64,000 bases of DNA from Tenuifilaceae bacterium (GTDB taxonomy: Bacteria > Bacteroidota > Bacteroidia > Bacteroidales > Tenuifilaceae), in NCBI GenBank assembly GCA_035388225.1, contig DAOOPM010000013.1, positions 2,236 to 66,235 on the forward strand, given 5' to 3'. The notes beneath the pieces are model-generated. The model searched no databases, was not told the origin of the DNA, and worked only from the letters and a program-made list of their open reading frames with translations. Shown in pieces: positions 49,550 to 61,454 of this stretch. Position 1 is the stretch's first letter, and each line of letters begins with the position of its first letter. A program made the translations under genes and the position numbers.

Positions 49550-50584
49550 ATGCAGGTTACTGAAGCAAATCTTAAAATCTCGAATCTTAAATTGGAGTGT
49601 GGTGAAAGCCTTAACGATATCAATGTGCGCTACCATATCCTAGGCGATATATCAAAGAATCCCGATAAGGTAATTTGGATTTGCCATGCTTTTACGGCTA
49701 ACAGTAATCCTGCCGATTGGTGGCCCGAGATGGTGGGCGAAGGAAGGGTTTTCGACCCCAACAAAACCCCTATTGTATGCGCTAATATTTTAGGTTCCTG
49801 CTATGGAACAACCGGTGCAATGTCTATCAATCCAAGTACGGGAAAACCCTATCTGCGCGATTTTCCATTAATTACATTCCGCGATGTAGTTCGGGTAAAC
49901 AATGCTGTGAAAAAGCATTTGTCGATAGATAGAATTTGGTTGATGATTGGCGGTTCCATTGGTGGTTTTCAGGCAATGGAGTGGGAATACTTATTCCCCG
50001 GAACAACAAAGCATCTTGCGTTAATTGCAACTACTGCAAAATCGTCACCTTGGGTTAAGGCTTTTAGTCAATCGCAGCGCTTGGCGCTACTTAGCGACGA
50101 GAGTTTTGTTCGTCAGGAGGTGGATGGAGGTAAAAACGGACTATCCGCTGCGCGTAGCATAGCACTGCTGAGCTATAGGGGACGTAGTAGTTACAATATA
50201 ACCCAACAGGACGAGGATGATAATTTGTTGGAGAACTATCGTGCTTGCACTTATCAAACCTATCAGGGCGAAAAACTGGTGAAACGATTTGATGCCTATA
50301 CATACTACTCCTTAACGTTAACGCTCGATAACCATAATATTGGACGCGGACGTGGTTCGTTGGAGAGTGCGCTGGGCTCAATTAAGGCAAATACTATGGT
50401 TGTAGGAATTGATTCAGATATTCTATTCCCAGTTGAGGAGCAGAAGTTTTTGGCCAGTTCAATTCCAAATGCAAAGTACTACGAGATTCACTCGCAATTC
50501 TGCCACGATGGCTTTTTGATTGAGTATGAGCAGTTAACCGAAATTATTCGGAAATATTTAAAGGATTTTAATGAAGAGATATAG
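49550..50584 (+). CDS. metX: Homoserine O-acetyltransferase (MetX family)
   Basis: ICHAFT, CANILGSCYGTTG, nucleophile GGSIGG, DSDILFP and HDGFL. Confidence 0.93.
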   Translation: MQVTEANLKISNLKLECGESLNDINVRYHILGDISKNPDKVIWICHAFTANSNPADWWPEMVGEGRVFDPNKTPIVCANILGSCYGTTGAMSINPSTGKPYLRDFPLITFRDVVRVNNAVKKHLSIDRIWLMIGGSIGGFQAMEWEYLFPGTTKHLALIATTAKSSPWVKAFSQSQRLALLSDESFVRQEVDGGKNGLSAARSIALLSYRGRSSYNITQQDEDDNLLENYRACTYQTYQGEKLVKRFDAYTYYSLTLTLDNHNIGRGRGSLESALGSIKANTMVVGIDSDILFPVEEQKFLASSIPNAKYYEIHSQFCHDGFLIEYEQLTEIIRKYLKDFNEEI

Positions 50585-50632
50585 TTGATGGACAATAGTC
50601 CATAGACCATTGACGAAGAAATATCGCTTGTA

Positions 50633-50681
50633 AACTGTGGACTATGGACTATGGACTGTAGACTATCGACTATCGACTATC
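50633..50681. repeat. Heptamer tandem repeat (GACTATG/GACTATC x7) with inverted copies at about 50594-50614
   Basis: AACTGTG GACTATG GACTATG GACTGTA GACTATC GACTATC GACTATC; upstream AATAGTC CATAGAC CATTGAC. Confidence 0.85.
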
Positions 50682-50697
50682 AAAAAACAAAAAAACA

Positions 50698-51963
50698 ATG
50701 GAAACAATATCAATAAATAAATCGAAACAAAGTCAAGTTAAAGAGAGTCAGTTGATTCAACGTCAGGTTATAGGTCTGTTCGGGTTTGGAACCGTAGGGC
50801 AGGGGCTTTACCACGTATTACAGGGTGTGCCAGCATCAAAGGCGTATATCAAGAAAATCTGCGTGAAGCAAGAGTTTAAGGAGCGACCAGTTGACAAGAA
50901 ACTTATCACTTTCGACCCAAACGTAATTCTTGATGACCCAGAAATCAACCTTGTGGTTGAGTTAATTGATAATGCTGATGATGCATACAAATTTGTGAAA
51001 GCATCGTTGCTTTTGGGTAAGAGCGTTGTGTCGGGGAATAAAACAATGCTTTCGCATCATTTAGATGAGTTAATTCGTATTCAGCGCGAAACAGGTAGCG
51101 CTTTGCTCTACGATGCATCGGCTTGTGGCAGCATACCTGTTATCCGTAACCTTGAGGAGTACTACGATAACGATTTGCTGACTTCAATTCGGGGTATTCT
51201 GAATGGCTCATCAAACTTTATTCTATCGCGAATTTTTAATCACGGCGAGAGTTATAATATTGCGCTTAAAAAAGCGCAGGACTTGGGCTTTGCCGAGAGT
51301 AATCCGGCCTTCGATGTAATGGGTTTTGATGCACTTTATAAGTTAATCATTCTTACAGTGCACGGTTTCGGAACGTACATTCATCCTAACGATGCTTTTT
51401 GTTACGGAATCCATAACCTATCAAAGTACGATATTCGCTATGCTCAGGAGCAAGGTAAGAAGATTAAGCTTGTTGCAACACTCCGAAAACTCGACAACGA
51501 CAACTTTACCATATTTGTTTTGCCCACCCTTGTTGATTCCGACGATTACATTTACAATGTTGAGGACGAGTTCAACGGAGTTGTAATTGAGGGCGCCTAC
51601 TACGATAAGCAGTTTATGTTTGGTAAGGGTGCTGGTGGATTCCCAACGGGCTCTGCTGTTTTAAGCGATATTTCGGCGCGTTTCCACAATTACCGTTACG
51701 AGTATAAAAAGTTAAATTTCTTTACTCCGCCAGCATACACAACTGATGTTACGCTGGAACTGTTTATCCGTTACCACGATATGGTAGACCTTTCAATCTT
51801 CGATATTTATGAATTGATTGAGCGTTACAATGGGCCTGAGCATCGTTGGGTAATTGCAAAGGTTAAGCTCTCAACGCTGATAAAAGTGAAGGATTTAATT
51901 CCAAAGTTGAATCTTTTTATCGCTTTTACTGGAAATTCGGATTTCAAAAGTGGTAACTTGTAA
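50698..51963 (+). CDS. hom: Homoserine dehydrogenase
   Basis: GFGTVG Rossmann motif, VVSGNK, SACGSIP, GILNGSSNF, AQDLGFAESNP and GKGAGGFPTGSAV. Confidence 0.95.
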   Translation: METISINKSKQSQVKESQLIQRQVIGLFGFGTVGQGLYHVLQGVPASKAYIKKICVKQEFKERPVDKKLITFDPNVILDDPEINLVVELIDNADDAYKFVKASLLLGKSVVSGNKTMLSHHLDELIRIQRETGSALLYDASACGSIPVIRNLEEYYDNDLLTSIRGILNGSSNFILSRIFNHGESYNIALKKAQDLGFAESNPAFDVMGFDALYKLIILTVHGFGTYIHPNDAFCYGIHNLSKYDIRYAQEQGKKIKLVATLRKLDNDNFTIFVLPTLVDSDDYIYNVEDEFNGVVIEGAYYDKQFMFGKGAGGFPTGSAVLSDISARFHNYRYEYKKLNFFTPPAYTTDVTLELFIRYHDMVDLSIFDIYELIERYNGPEHRWVIAKVKLSTLIKVKDLIPKLNLFIAFTGNSDFKSGNL

Positions 51964-52052
51964 TTTAAGTGATTAGGCTAATAGTTATTGGTTATTAAGA
52001 GGATTTAATGTCACATGTAACTGGTCACTCGTCACTTTCTAAAGAAAACAAA

Positions 52053-55000
52053 ATGAAGAACAACATACTAACAGACCAATTAAGCCAACGAATCCTCGTT
52101 CTGGATGGTGCAATGGGAACAATGATTCAGCGATTTAAACTACAGGAGGACGATTTCCGTGGTTCGCTATTCGCAAATCATCCCCAGAACCTTAAGGGCG
52201 ATAACGATTTGTTGGTTCTTACCCGGCCCGATGTAATTGAGTCAATACATCGCGATTACTTGGCTGCAGGTGCCGATATTATTGAGACAAACACCTTCAA
52301 CGCAACCACTATTTCGCAGGCCGATTACGGAATGCAGGATTGGGTTGAGAAAATTAACATTGAAGGGGCGCGTATTGCCCGCAAAGTTGCCGATGAATTT
52401 ACTGCTCTGAATCCAAGTAAGCCAAGATTTGTGGCGGGTTCAATAGGGCCAACCAATCGCACCGCATCAATGTCGCCCGATGTGAACAGGCCAGGCTATC
52501 GTTCTGTCACATTCTTCGATTTAGTTTTGGCTTACAGCCAGCAGGTTAGGGCGTTAATTGAGGGTGGTGTTGATATTCTTTTGGTTGAAACCATTTTCGA
52601 TACGCTCAATGCCAAGGCAGCCCTTTTCGCAATATCCAATGTTTTGGATGAGTTGCAGAGAGATGTTCCCGTAATGGTTTCGGCAACTGTGGCCGATGTC
52701 AGTGGTCGTTTGCTAGCTGGTCAAACCTTGGATGCTTTTCTGACCTCGGTATCGCATTACCCTTTACTTAGCGTTGGTTTGAACTGTGCTTTTGGTGCTG
52801 AGCAGTTGTTGCCATATATCGAGGAACTATCGGCCAAGTCAAAGTTTAGAATAAGCGTTCACCCAAATGCTGGCTTGCCAAATCAACTTGGACAGTACGA
52901 CCAATCGGCGGAGCAAATGTCAGTTGTTGTTGAGCGAATATTGAAGTCGAACTTGGTTAATATTGTTGGTGGTTGCTGCGGTACAACTCCTTTGCATATT
53001 GAGAAGATAGCAGGTTTGGTTGATAGCTACTCACCCCGACAAGTTCCTTCAATCCAAAAGTATACCCGATTATCAGGTTTGGAATTGCTGGAGATACGAC
53101 CCGATACCAACTTTTTGAACATTGGCGAGCGTACCAATGTGGCTGGCTCCAAAAAGTTTGCAAAACTAATTGCCGATGGTAAGTATGCCGAGGCCATATC
53201 AGTTGCACGCGAGCAGGTTGATGGCGGTGCGCAGGCCATTGATATTTGTATGGACGATGCCCTGATTAATGCACCTCAAGCAATGACTGAGTTTTTGAAT
53301 ATGGTTGCATCGGAACCCGATATTGCTAAAGTTCCTGTGATGATTGATTCGTCGAGGTTTGAGGCAATAGAGGCTGGTTTGCAGTGTACACAGGGCAAAA
53401 GCATAGTTAACTCAATTAGTTTGAAGGAGGGCGAGGCGGAATTCATTCGTCGTGCTAAACTAATAAGGCAGTATGGAGCAGCAGTTGTGGTAATGCTTTT
53501 CGATGAAAATGGGCAGGCCACAACCACCGAGCATCGTATTGCTGTGGCAGAGCGTTCCTATAAACTTCTTACGCAAGTTGCGGGCTATGAGCCCGAGGAT
53601 ATCATTTTCGACCCCAATATTCTTGCAATTGGAACCGGAATGGTTGAACACGCATCGCAAGCTGTTAGTTTTATTGAAACTTGCAAGTGGATTAAGCAAA
53701 ATCTTCCTGGTGCAAAGGTTAGCGGCGGCGTTAGCAATTTATCGTTCTCGTTTAGGGGGAATAATGCCATTCGCGAGGCCATTCACTCAGTTTTTCTGTA
53801 TCACGCTATAAATGCGGGAATGGATATGGGCATTGTGAATCCATCGCTTTTGCAGGTTTACTCGGAAATTGAGCCCGATTTGTTGCAGTTGACTGAGGAT
53901 TTAGTTTTAAATCGTAGACGCGATGCAACTGAGCGTTTGCTTGCATTTGCTCAAAATATCTCGCAGGAAAAAGTTGAGGAACATAAAATTCAGGAGTGGC
54001 GTAACGAACCGGTGGCTAAACGTTTACAGCACTCACTTGTAAAGGGAATTACCGATTTTATAGTTGACGATACCAACGAAGCATATCGTAATTTGGGCTC
54101 TGCAATTAGTGTGATTGAAGGCCCTTTGATGGAAGGAATGGCCGAAGTTGGCAATCTGTTTGGCTCAGGAAAAATGTTTCTTCCTCAGGTTGTGAAAAGC
54201 GCTAGGGTAATGAAGGCTGCCGTGGCAGTTCTTGAACCTTACCTGAATGGCACTGCTGAACTTGAGCAAAACCAAGCACAGAAAGGCACAATTGTGCTTG
54301 CCACTGTCAAGGGCGATGTTCACGATATCGGGAAAAATATTGTGGGCGTTGTGTTGGCCTGTAACGGTTACCGAATTATCGATTTGGGAGTAATGGTTCC
54401 AGTGGAGCGAATTATTGAGGAGATTGTGAAGAATAAAGCCGATATTTTGGGACTGAGTGGACTTATTACTCCCTCGCTCGACGAAATGGCCCACGTGGTT
54501 AGGGAATTGGAACGCAATAATATCAAAATTCCGGTTCTTATTGGAGGAGCAACCACATCGGAGTTGCATACTGCGCTGCGGATTGATACTGGCTATTCTG
54601 GGGCTGTGGTTCACGTAAAGGATGCATCGCAGGCCAGCGGAGTTGTGGCTAATCTTTTGAGTGACGAAAAGCGTCCCGCATACATTAATCAGGTGAAAGA
54701 TAATTACGCTAAGTTGCGAGAAACCTATAGCGCTAGGAATATATCCTTGATTTCGGTGGATGATGCCCGTCGCAACTCCTTGAAATTGAATTGGAATGCG
54801 TATAATCCACCTGTTCCTAAGCAAACTGGAATTATCAGGTTTGATAATTACTCTTTGAAAGAGATAAGAGAGTATATCGATTGGACTTTCTATTTCTTTT
54901 CGTGGGATATCAATGGTAAATACCCCGAGATATTCAACGACCCGTTAAAAGGAGCGGAGGCAAAGCGTTTGTTCGATGAGGCTAATGCTTTACTCGATGA

Positions 55001-55721
55001 GATTGTTGAGGGGAAATTGCTAAAGGCCTCAGGTGTTGTTGGAGTTTTTCCAGCAGCAGCAAGCGGCGATGATATTTTTATCTTTTCTGATGAATCGAGA
55101 AAGGAGATAAAGTCCAAGTTTTTCCAACTGCGTAATCAGGAGAAGAAGGACGATGGTTTGCCAAACCTCTGTTTGTCCGATTTTATTGCACCTGTTGGCG
55201 CAAATGACGATTGGGTTGGATGCTTTGCAGTAACAGTTAGGCACGGAGCGGATGAGTTGGCCGAAAAATACCGTTCCGCCGGCGACGATTTTAAGGCGAT
55301 AATGGTAAAAATTATTGCCGATAGGCTTGCTGAGGCCTTTGCGGAATTATTGCACCAAAAGATTCGTAGTGAGATATGGGCTTACAGCCCAGCCGAGGAT
55401 TTGACCTTGCAGCAGATTCTGTCGGAGCGTTACAGTGGCATTCGTCCCGCACCGGGTTATCCTGCTTGCCCCGATCATCGTGGCAAACAGTTTATTTTCG
55501 ATTTGCTCAATGTAACGCAAAACACAGGAATGACCTTAACCGAGAACCTCGCAATGAGTCCGGGGGCGTCGGTTGCGGGTTACTATTTCTCTCATCCCGA
55601 ATCCAAGTACTTTACAGTGGGGAAAGTGTCGCAGGATCAGGTGCGCGATTATGCTCATCGTCTAGAGCTGAGCGTTGAGGAGGTTGAGAAGTTTATTCCA
55701 ACGTATTTAGCCTACAGGTAA
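52053..55721 (+). CDS. metH: Cobalamin-dependent methionine synthase
   Basis: [44 protein letters not shown] and [10 protein letters not shown]. Confidence 0.98.
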   Translation: MKNNILTDQLSQRILVLDGAMGTMIQRFKLQEDDFRGSLFANHPQNLKGDNDLLVLTRPDVIESIHRDYLAAGADIIETNTFNATTISQADYGMQDWVEKINIEGARIARKVADEFTALNPSKPRFVAGSIGPTNRTASMSPDVNRPGYRSVTFFDLVLAYSQQVRALIEGGVDILLVETIFDTLNAKAALFAISNVLDELQRDVPVMVSATVADVSGRLLAGQTLDAFLTSVSHYPLLSVGLNCAFGAEQLLPYIEELSAKSKFRISVHPNAGLPNQLGQYDQSAEQMSVVVERILKSNLVNIVGGCCGTTPLHIEKIAGLVDSYSPRQVPSIQKYTRLSGLELLEIRPDTNFLNIGERTNVAGSKKFAKLIADGKYAEAISVAREQVDGGAQAIDICMDDALINAPQAMTEFLNMVASEPDIAKVPVMIDSSRFEAIEAGLQCTQGKSIVNSISLKEGEAEFIRRAKLIRQYGAAVVVMLFDENGQATTTEHRIAVAERSYKLLTQVAGYEPEDIIFDPNILAIGTGMVEHASQAVSFIETCKWIKQNLPGAKVSGGVSNLSFSFRGNNAIREAIHSVFLYHAINAGMDMGIVNPSLLQVYSEIEPDLLQLTEDLVLNRRRDATERLLAFAQNISQEKVEEHKIQEWRNEPVAKRLQHSLVKGITDFIVDDTNEAYRNLGSAISVIEGPLMEGMAEVGNLFGSGKMFLPQVVKSARVMKAAVAVLEPYLNGTAELEQNQAQKGTIVLATVKGDVHDIGKNIVGVVLACNGYRIIDLGVMVPVERIIEEIVKNKADILGLSGLITPSLDEMAHVVRELERNNIKIPVLIGGATTSELHTALRIDTGYSGAVVHVKDASQASGVVANLLSDEKRPAYINQVKDNYAKLRETYSARNISLISVDDARRNSLKLNWNAYNPPVPKQTGIIRFDNYSLKEIREYIDWTFYFFSWDINGKYPEIFNDPLKGAEAKRLFDEANALLDEIVEGKLLKASGVVGVFPAAASGDDIFIFSDESRKEIKSKFFQLRNQEKKDDGLPNLCLSDFIAPVGANDDWVGCFAVTVRHGADELAEKYRSAGDDFKAIMVKIIADRLAEAFAELLHQKIRSEIWAYSPAEDLTLQQILSERYSGIRPAPGYPACPDHRGKQFIFDLLNVTQNTGMTLTENLAMSPGASVAGYYFSHPESKYFTVGKVSQDQVRDYAHRLELSVEEVEKFIPTYLAYR

Positions 55722-55793
55722 AGCAGTTTCTACATTTCTGCGTAAGCAGGAATCTATTTTGCTTTTTTTGATTAACGATTAATCTTACACGAA

Positions 55794-56747
55794 ATGAAAG
55801 TAATTAACATTCTAAAAAAGTCGAAATCAACGTTGTTCTCCTTTGAGTTGCTTCCTCCTCTAAAGGGTCATAACATTCAAACTATTTTTGATAGCATCGA
55901 TAAGTTGGTTGAGTTCAATCCAGCATACATAAATATTACATACCACAAGGAAGAGGTCGTTTATAGACCGGACCCTTTTGGGGGAGTTGAGCCAGTGAAA
56001 GTGCGCCGTAGACCAGGAACCGTTGGGCTTTCAGCAGCAATTCAGCAGCGATACAAAATTGATGTTGTTCCACACCTTATTTGTGGAGGTTTTGACACCC
56101 ACGAAACCGAGGATGCGCTTATCGATTTGGACTTCCTTGGGATACAGAATGTGTTAGTTGTCCGTGGCGATGCCGATAAGATAACCGGAAAATTCGAACC
56201 CAAGAGGGGAGGGCATAGGTATGCTGTGGATTTGGTGCGTCAGGTGGAGAAGTTGAATAAGGGCATCTACCTTGAGAATCTTATGGAAACCCCTAAGCAA
56301 ACAGAGTTTTGTGTTGGAGTTGCAGGTTATCCAGAGAAGCATCCAGAGTCACCCAATTTTGAATCGGATATTAAGCATTTAAAGGCAAAGGTCGATGCCG
56401 GCGCAAGTTATATTGTCACTCAGCTCTTCTTTGATAATTCCAAGTATTTCAAATTTGTTGAAAGTTGTAGGAATGCAGGCATTAAAGTCCCAATAATTCC
56501 TGGAGTTAAACCAATATCAATAAAGGAGCATATTAGTTTGTTGCCCAAAGTATTTGGTGTTCAAATTCCGCAGGAACTAGTAAGTGCTGTTGAGAAATGT
56601 GAAACAAACCGTGAGGTGTACGAATTGGGCATAGAGTGGGCAATTAATCAGGCAAAGGAACTTAAGAGTGCCAATGTACCTGCAATACATTTTTACACTA
56701 TGGGCAAATCCAACAATATTGCTAGGATTGCAAGTGCTGTTTTTTAA
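55794..56747 (+). CDS. metF: 5,10-methylenetetrahydrofolate reductase
   Basis: FSFELLPP, VVRGD, VAGYPEKHPE, IVTQLFFD and HFYTMG. Confidence 0.96.
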   Translation: MKVINILKKSKSTLFSFELLPPLKGHNIQTIFDSIDKLVEFNPAYINITYHKEEVVYRPDPFGGVEPVKVRRRPGTVGLSAAIQQRYKIDVVPHLICGGFDTHETEDALIDLDFLGIQNVLVVRGDADKITGKFEPKRGGHRYAVDLVRQVEKLNKGIYLENLMETPKQTEFCVGVAGYPEKHPESPNFESDIKHLKAKVDAGASYIVTQLFFDNSKYFKFVESCRNAGIKVPIIPGVKPISIKEHISLLPKVFGVQIPQELVSAVEKCETNREVYELGIEWAINQAKELKSANVPAIHFYTMGKSNNIARIASAVF

Positions 56748-56834
56748 CATATTCGTTATAAAACTTGCTTTTAATTTGAATATGCCTTAACTTCAACATG
56801 CGAGATTTATCTCAATTTTTTGAATACTAAGTAT

Positions 56835-59164
56835 ATGGATAATAATTCGACATTCGATAATAAGGATAACTTCAAAAAAGCCAATCAAAATTTAGAGCGA
56901 AAATATCGGTTGCTTTTTGAGAAATCGCCTGTTGGAATCTTTCAGTTTGACAATAATGCAATCATAATAGACTGTAACGATAGATTTATTGATATACTAA
57001 AGTCAAGCCGAGAAAAGGTTATCGGGCTCGATATGCATAATTTGAAAGATAAGTCTGTTCTGAATGCTTGTTTAGATGCTATTAAAGGAGTTCAAGGATT
57101 TTACGAAGGAGTATACCATGTTACCACCAGCGATGCAATAATATCTGTTAGTTTAAAGACTGTTCCATTTATTGTTGATGGAACCGATGATATGCAAGGA
57201 GGCATTGGAATAGTTGAGGATATTACGGAGCGTGTAAAAGCCGACGAAGTACTTAAGAAGAAGGAACAAGATTTCCGTATACTTTCATCGCTTACCACCG
57301 ATGCTGCTTCGGTGTTAAGTTTTAACCCCGATGGAACTTTCAATAGGCAGTGGCTTAGCGATAGTTTGCTACATACCGTTGGCTATACTCCCGACGAAAT
57401 AGATTCCTTTGAGAAGTGGGCAAATATTGTTCACCCTGATGATATTCTTCCCTACAAAGAGGCCGTGGGAAAAATAATGCAAGGCCAAAAGGTGTCGTTG
57501 GATTTCAGAATTATTGACAAGAAAGGGAAAATGTTTTGGGTTAACAATACGGTTTTCCCTGAGTATGATGAATCTGGGCGTCCTGTAAGGTTGATTAGTG
57601 CGTTAAAGGATATTACTGCAGAGAAAGAAGCAGAAATAGCCCTTAGCTATCAGCGTAATTTGCTCGATACAATAATTAATATTGCCCCTGTGGGTATTTG
57701 GCTATCTAAGCCCGATGGCTCATATCCAATCATCAACAAAAACTTTTCTGAATTAATAGGCTATGGCACATCAATGTTCTCAATGACTTCGGAGGAGTTA
57801 GAGCACTGCCGGAAAAGTGATGATGTGGCTTTAAAATCAGATGAACCAATAGAGACCGAGGAGGAAATAACCTTTACCGATGGAAATAAGCATACCATTA
57901 AAGTGTTTAAACGTAGAGTTTTTGATGTAAACGGTTCTGTTCTTGGTGTACTCGGTATTTCTACTGATATTACAGAGCGCAAGCGTTACGAGAAAGCTCT
58001 TGTTGAAGCATTGGAGAAGGCAGAGGAATCCGATAGGTTAAAATCTGCATTTCTTGCAAATATGAGTCACGAAATTCGTACCCCGCTCAATGGTATTATT
58101 GGATTTTCTAAGTATTTGAGGAATTTCCCAGATACTAATCGAGAAGAAACTTTGAAGTTTCTTAATATTATATGTAACAGTGCCGACCATTTGTTGAATC
58201 TTATCAACGATATTATTGATATTTCGAAGATTGAAGTGGGACAGTTAAAAATTGCACCAGAGTCAATCAACCTCAACGCCTTGCTTAATGAGATTTATAC
58301 CTTTTACTACTCAGCAAATCCCGATTTGTCGAAGCGTGGCGTTAGCTTTAGGATTACAACCTCGCTTTCCGATGCTGAATCGAGTATTGTTGTAGACAAG
58401 GTTCGACTGCGCCAAATCCTAAATAATTTAATTGGTAATGCGCTGAAATTTACAAAGGATGGAAGTGTTGAGTTTGGCTACGAACTAGCCCCCGACAAGA
58501 ATTATGTACGGTTTTTGTAAAGGACACCGGGATAGGAATCCCTAAGGATAAGATTGAACTGATATTCCAGCGTTTCCGCCAGGCCGATATAGATATAACC
58601 AAAAAGTTTGGAGGAACAGGGCTTGGGTTGGCAATATCAAAATCGTTGGTGGACTTAATGGGTGGTAATATTTGGGTTGATTCTCAACCTGAAATTGGGT
58701 CTACTTTCTACTTCACTTTACCATTCATAAAAACTGCCATACCTGTTGCCAAATCCGATACCCAATTCGAATTCAATGAGGTAATGGATAAACTTAAGGG
58801 GAAACGGATTTTGATTGCCGAGGATGATACCAATAGTTTATTTTACCTGAAAACTGTGTTGCAGAACGCTGGCATAGCTTGCTTGGAAGCGCTAAATGGT
58901 CGCGATGCAGTTAACCTATTCCTCAAAAACCCAGATGTTGACTTAATTCTTATGGATTTAAAAATGCCAGAACTTAGTGGTTTTGAGGCCATAAAAGAAA
59001 TTCGCAAGGTAAGTCCAAAAGTCCCAATAATAGTTCAAACCGCACACGTATTCAACGACGAGAAAGTTTTATGTAACGCAATGGGGTGCAACAACTTTAT
59101 ATCGAAACCCGTAGATGTAAATGTTCTATTTAGCGCCTTAATTCAATTGATTGGGAAAAGGTAA
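56835..59164 (+). pseudogene. PAS-domain hybrid histidine kinase/response regulator split by a 1-nt frameshift at 58512-58516
   Basis: ORF1 (PASx3, FLANMSHEIRTPLNG, N-box) stops at RFL*. One extra T restores [12 protein letters not shown]...GGTGLGLAI followed by a receiver domain (EDD, LMDLKMP, KP). Confidence 0.85.
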
Positions 59165-59632
59165 TTAAAGCGTTTTCTCAAAAATTATTTTCACAAACTC
59201 TTCCTTTGGTGGAGGCGCAATGCCTTTATTCTCAAATCCATTCTCCTCAAGTAAGCAAACAATCGATTTGTCGTCAACAGGAATATAACCCGTGATGACT
59301 TTATATTTGTTGTCCTTTGCAAAGTCTAAAGCAAAAGTTAATAGTTGATGTGCTAAACCTTTCTTTTGAAATGCAGGGTAAATTGCTAACCTACTTAATG
59401 TTAGGGTTTGCTTATTGGTTTCGTCAGGTTTAAGAGTTATTGTTCCAACAGGAACGTGGTTGTAGAAAACAACGTAAACGAAGCCCTTCTCTATATCAGT
59501 GGCAATTTCATTAAAATCGGCCATGCTATTGTTCCAGTACTTAACGCCCTTTTCGAGCAGTTGACGGGAGCATTCTCTTATTATGTAAAGCACCGCCAAT
59601 AGTTGGTGCTTTTGGGCCTTGGATATTTCCAT
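59165..59632 (-). CDS. GNAT-family N-acetyltransferase
   Basis: RLAIYPAFQKKGLAHQLL acetyl-CoA motif. Confidence 0.85.
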   Translation of the reverse strand: MEISKAQKHQLLAVLYIIRECSRQLLEKGVKYWNNSMADFNEIATDIEKGFVYVVFYNHVPVGTITLKPDETNKQTLTLSRLAIYPAFQKKGLAHQLLTFALDFAKDNKYKVITGYIPVDDKSIVCLLEENGFENKGIAPPPKEEFVKIIFEKTL

Positions 59633-59634
59633 AT

Positions 59635-61269
59635 CTATTGGTTTACATCGTATACCTTTTCACCATTTATATAAGTTTGCTGAACTTTAATGTAGGGTAC
59701 ATCCTTAATGGAGTCGTTCATCAAATCAAAATCTAGCACAACGAAATCGGCAAATTTTCCAACTTCAAGGCTACCCTTGATATTTTCCTCAAAGGCCGAT
59801 TTTACTGCCCAAATTGTCATAGCGCGGAGCGCTTGCTCGCGTGTAAGAGCATTCTCCATTTGGAATCCGTCCTTGGGCTCGCCGTTAAAGTGTTGGCGAA
59901 CTACCCCTGAATAGAATCCGTAGAGTGGATTTATATGCTCAATTGGAAAATCGCTTCCGTTGGGCAACCATCCATTCTGCTGGAGCAATTCCTGATATGC
60001 GTATGCATACTTGATTCTATCGCCCAAACGCTCGTTGGCCCAATCCATATCCGATGTTGCGTGTGTGGTTTGGATTGATGGAATAATATTGTACTTACCG
60101 TATCGAGGCATATCCTGTGGATCAACTACCTGTGAATGCTCAATTCTCCAGCGCTTATCGTTGTTCTCATCTAGATATTTTGAGTATATATCAATCATTA
60201 ATCTAACGGCTGCATCGCCAATACAGTGCGTGCAAACCTGGTAGCCAGCATCGCTTGCAATTTTGCATACAGAGTCAAGTTTTTCGGTTGTTTCAACTTG
60301 AATTCCAATGTTTTTGGGGTCATCGGAGTATGGTTTTAACAGTAACGCTCCGCGTGAGCCTAGAGCCCCGTCAGCATATATTTTAATTGAACGTACGGTT
60401 AGCCAGTCTGTTTGGTAAACTCCTTTATTTACAAAAGTTTCGTAATTCGATTTTGTTGGGTTGAGCCAAGCATTAATTCGCATTTTTAGCGAGCCACTCT
60501 TCTGTAACGAATCAACAAGAAAAACTTCATCGGTATCCAATCCTGCATCGTGAACTCCTGTTAGTCCAACTGCAAAGCAGTTCTTTTGTGCGTTGATTAA
60601 TGCATTGGTTTTTTCCTCTTTTGTTGACTCAGGAATACATTTACGCACAAGCTCCATTGCGTTATCAACCAGAACTCCTGTAGGTTTTCCATTGACTTTA
60701 ATGATTTCACCACCATTGATGGTTGTTTTGGCGGTAATACCTGCTATCTCAAGCGCTTTTTGATTGGCTATTGCAGCGTGGCCATCAATTCTAACAATGT
60801 AAACGGGTTTGTCGGGGAAAGCCTTGTTGAGTAGTTCGTTTGTGGGGAATTGCTTTACAGCCCACTCGTTCTGGTTCCAACCTCTACCTTTCACCCACTC
60901 TGTGGAGTATCGGTTTTGGTTTTCAACTAATCGCTTTACAACCTCTTCCCAATTCTTTGCACCCGCCAACCAAGCGTTCGGTAAACCAAGTCCATAGCCT
61001 AAAAAATGACAGTGGGGGTCAATAAACCCAGGGTAAATGTATTTTCCAGTAGCATCAAAAGTGTTTGTCGATTCGTACTTTTTCTCTATAGTTTCTTTTT
61101 CGCCAATAGCAACAATTTTTCCATTGCTTATGGCCATACTACTATGGACTGTAAAGGCGGAGTCAACTGAGTATATTTTTGCGTTAGTTACAATTAAATC
61201 AACTTTTTCGCGTTTAATACAAGCCATTGCTGAGATTGCGGTTAGGATTATTAATGTATTTTTAATCAT
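59635..61269 (-). CDS. Amidohydrolase family 3 (YtcJ-like) lipoprotein
   Basis: PGFIDPHCH, DGHAAIAN, KIYADGALGSRGA, HCIGD, RIEHSQ, GSDFPIE and GKFADFVVL. Confidence 0.93.
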   Translation of the reverse strand: MIKNTLIILTAISAMACIKREKVDLIVTNAKIYSVDSAFTVHSSMAISNGKIVAIGEKETIEKKYESTNTFDATGKYIYPGFIDPHCHFLGYGLGLPNAWLAGAKNWEEVVKRLVENQNRYSTEWVKGRGWNQNEWAVKQFPTNELLNKAFPDKPVYIVRIDGHAAIANQKALEIAGITAKTTINGGEIIKVNGKPTGVLVDNAMELVRKCIPESTKEEKTNALINAQKNCFAVGLTGVHDAGLDTDEVFLVDSLQKSGSLKMRINAWLNPTKSNYETFVNKGVYQTDWLTVRSIKIYADGALGSRGALLLKPYSDDPKNIGIQVETTEKLDSVCKIASDAGYQVCTHCIGDAAVRLMIDIYSKYLDENNDKRWRIEHSQVVDPQDMPRYGKYNIIPSIQTTHATSDMDWANERLGDRIKYAYAYQELLQQNGWLPNGSDFPIEHINPLYGFYSGVVRQHFNGEPKDGFQMENALTREQALRAMTIWAVKSAFEENIKGSLEVGKFADFVVLDFDLMNDSIKDVPYIKVQQTYINGEKVYDVNQ

Positions 61270-61454
61270 TGGTTTAAAAGTTCAGGGTTACTAGAAAAAC
61301 CAAATTTAATCTTTTGTTTTGAATTATAAAATGATGTTGAATTTTGTAAAATCATGAGTATGCAATACCTTGATGTGTTAGTAACTCAATAACTCAATCC
61401 CCTTATAACCGACTAACCAAAAAAATCTGTAGTTTTGAATTTTTAAAATAGATA

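Noticed and set aside
50633-50681. CRISPR array
   Set aside because: 7-bp tandem units with no unique spacers and no cas genes.
54165-54824. 219-aa minus-strand ORF inside metH
   Set aside because: Antisense shadow with no domain signature.
58628-59164. Independent response-regulator gene
   Set aside because: It begins mid-HATPase (G2 box) at a TTG and is the frameshifted tail of the upstream kinase.
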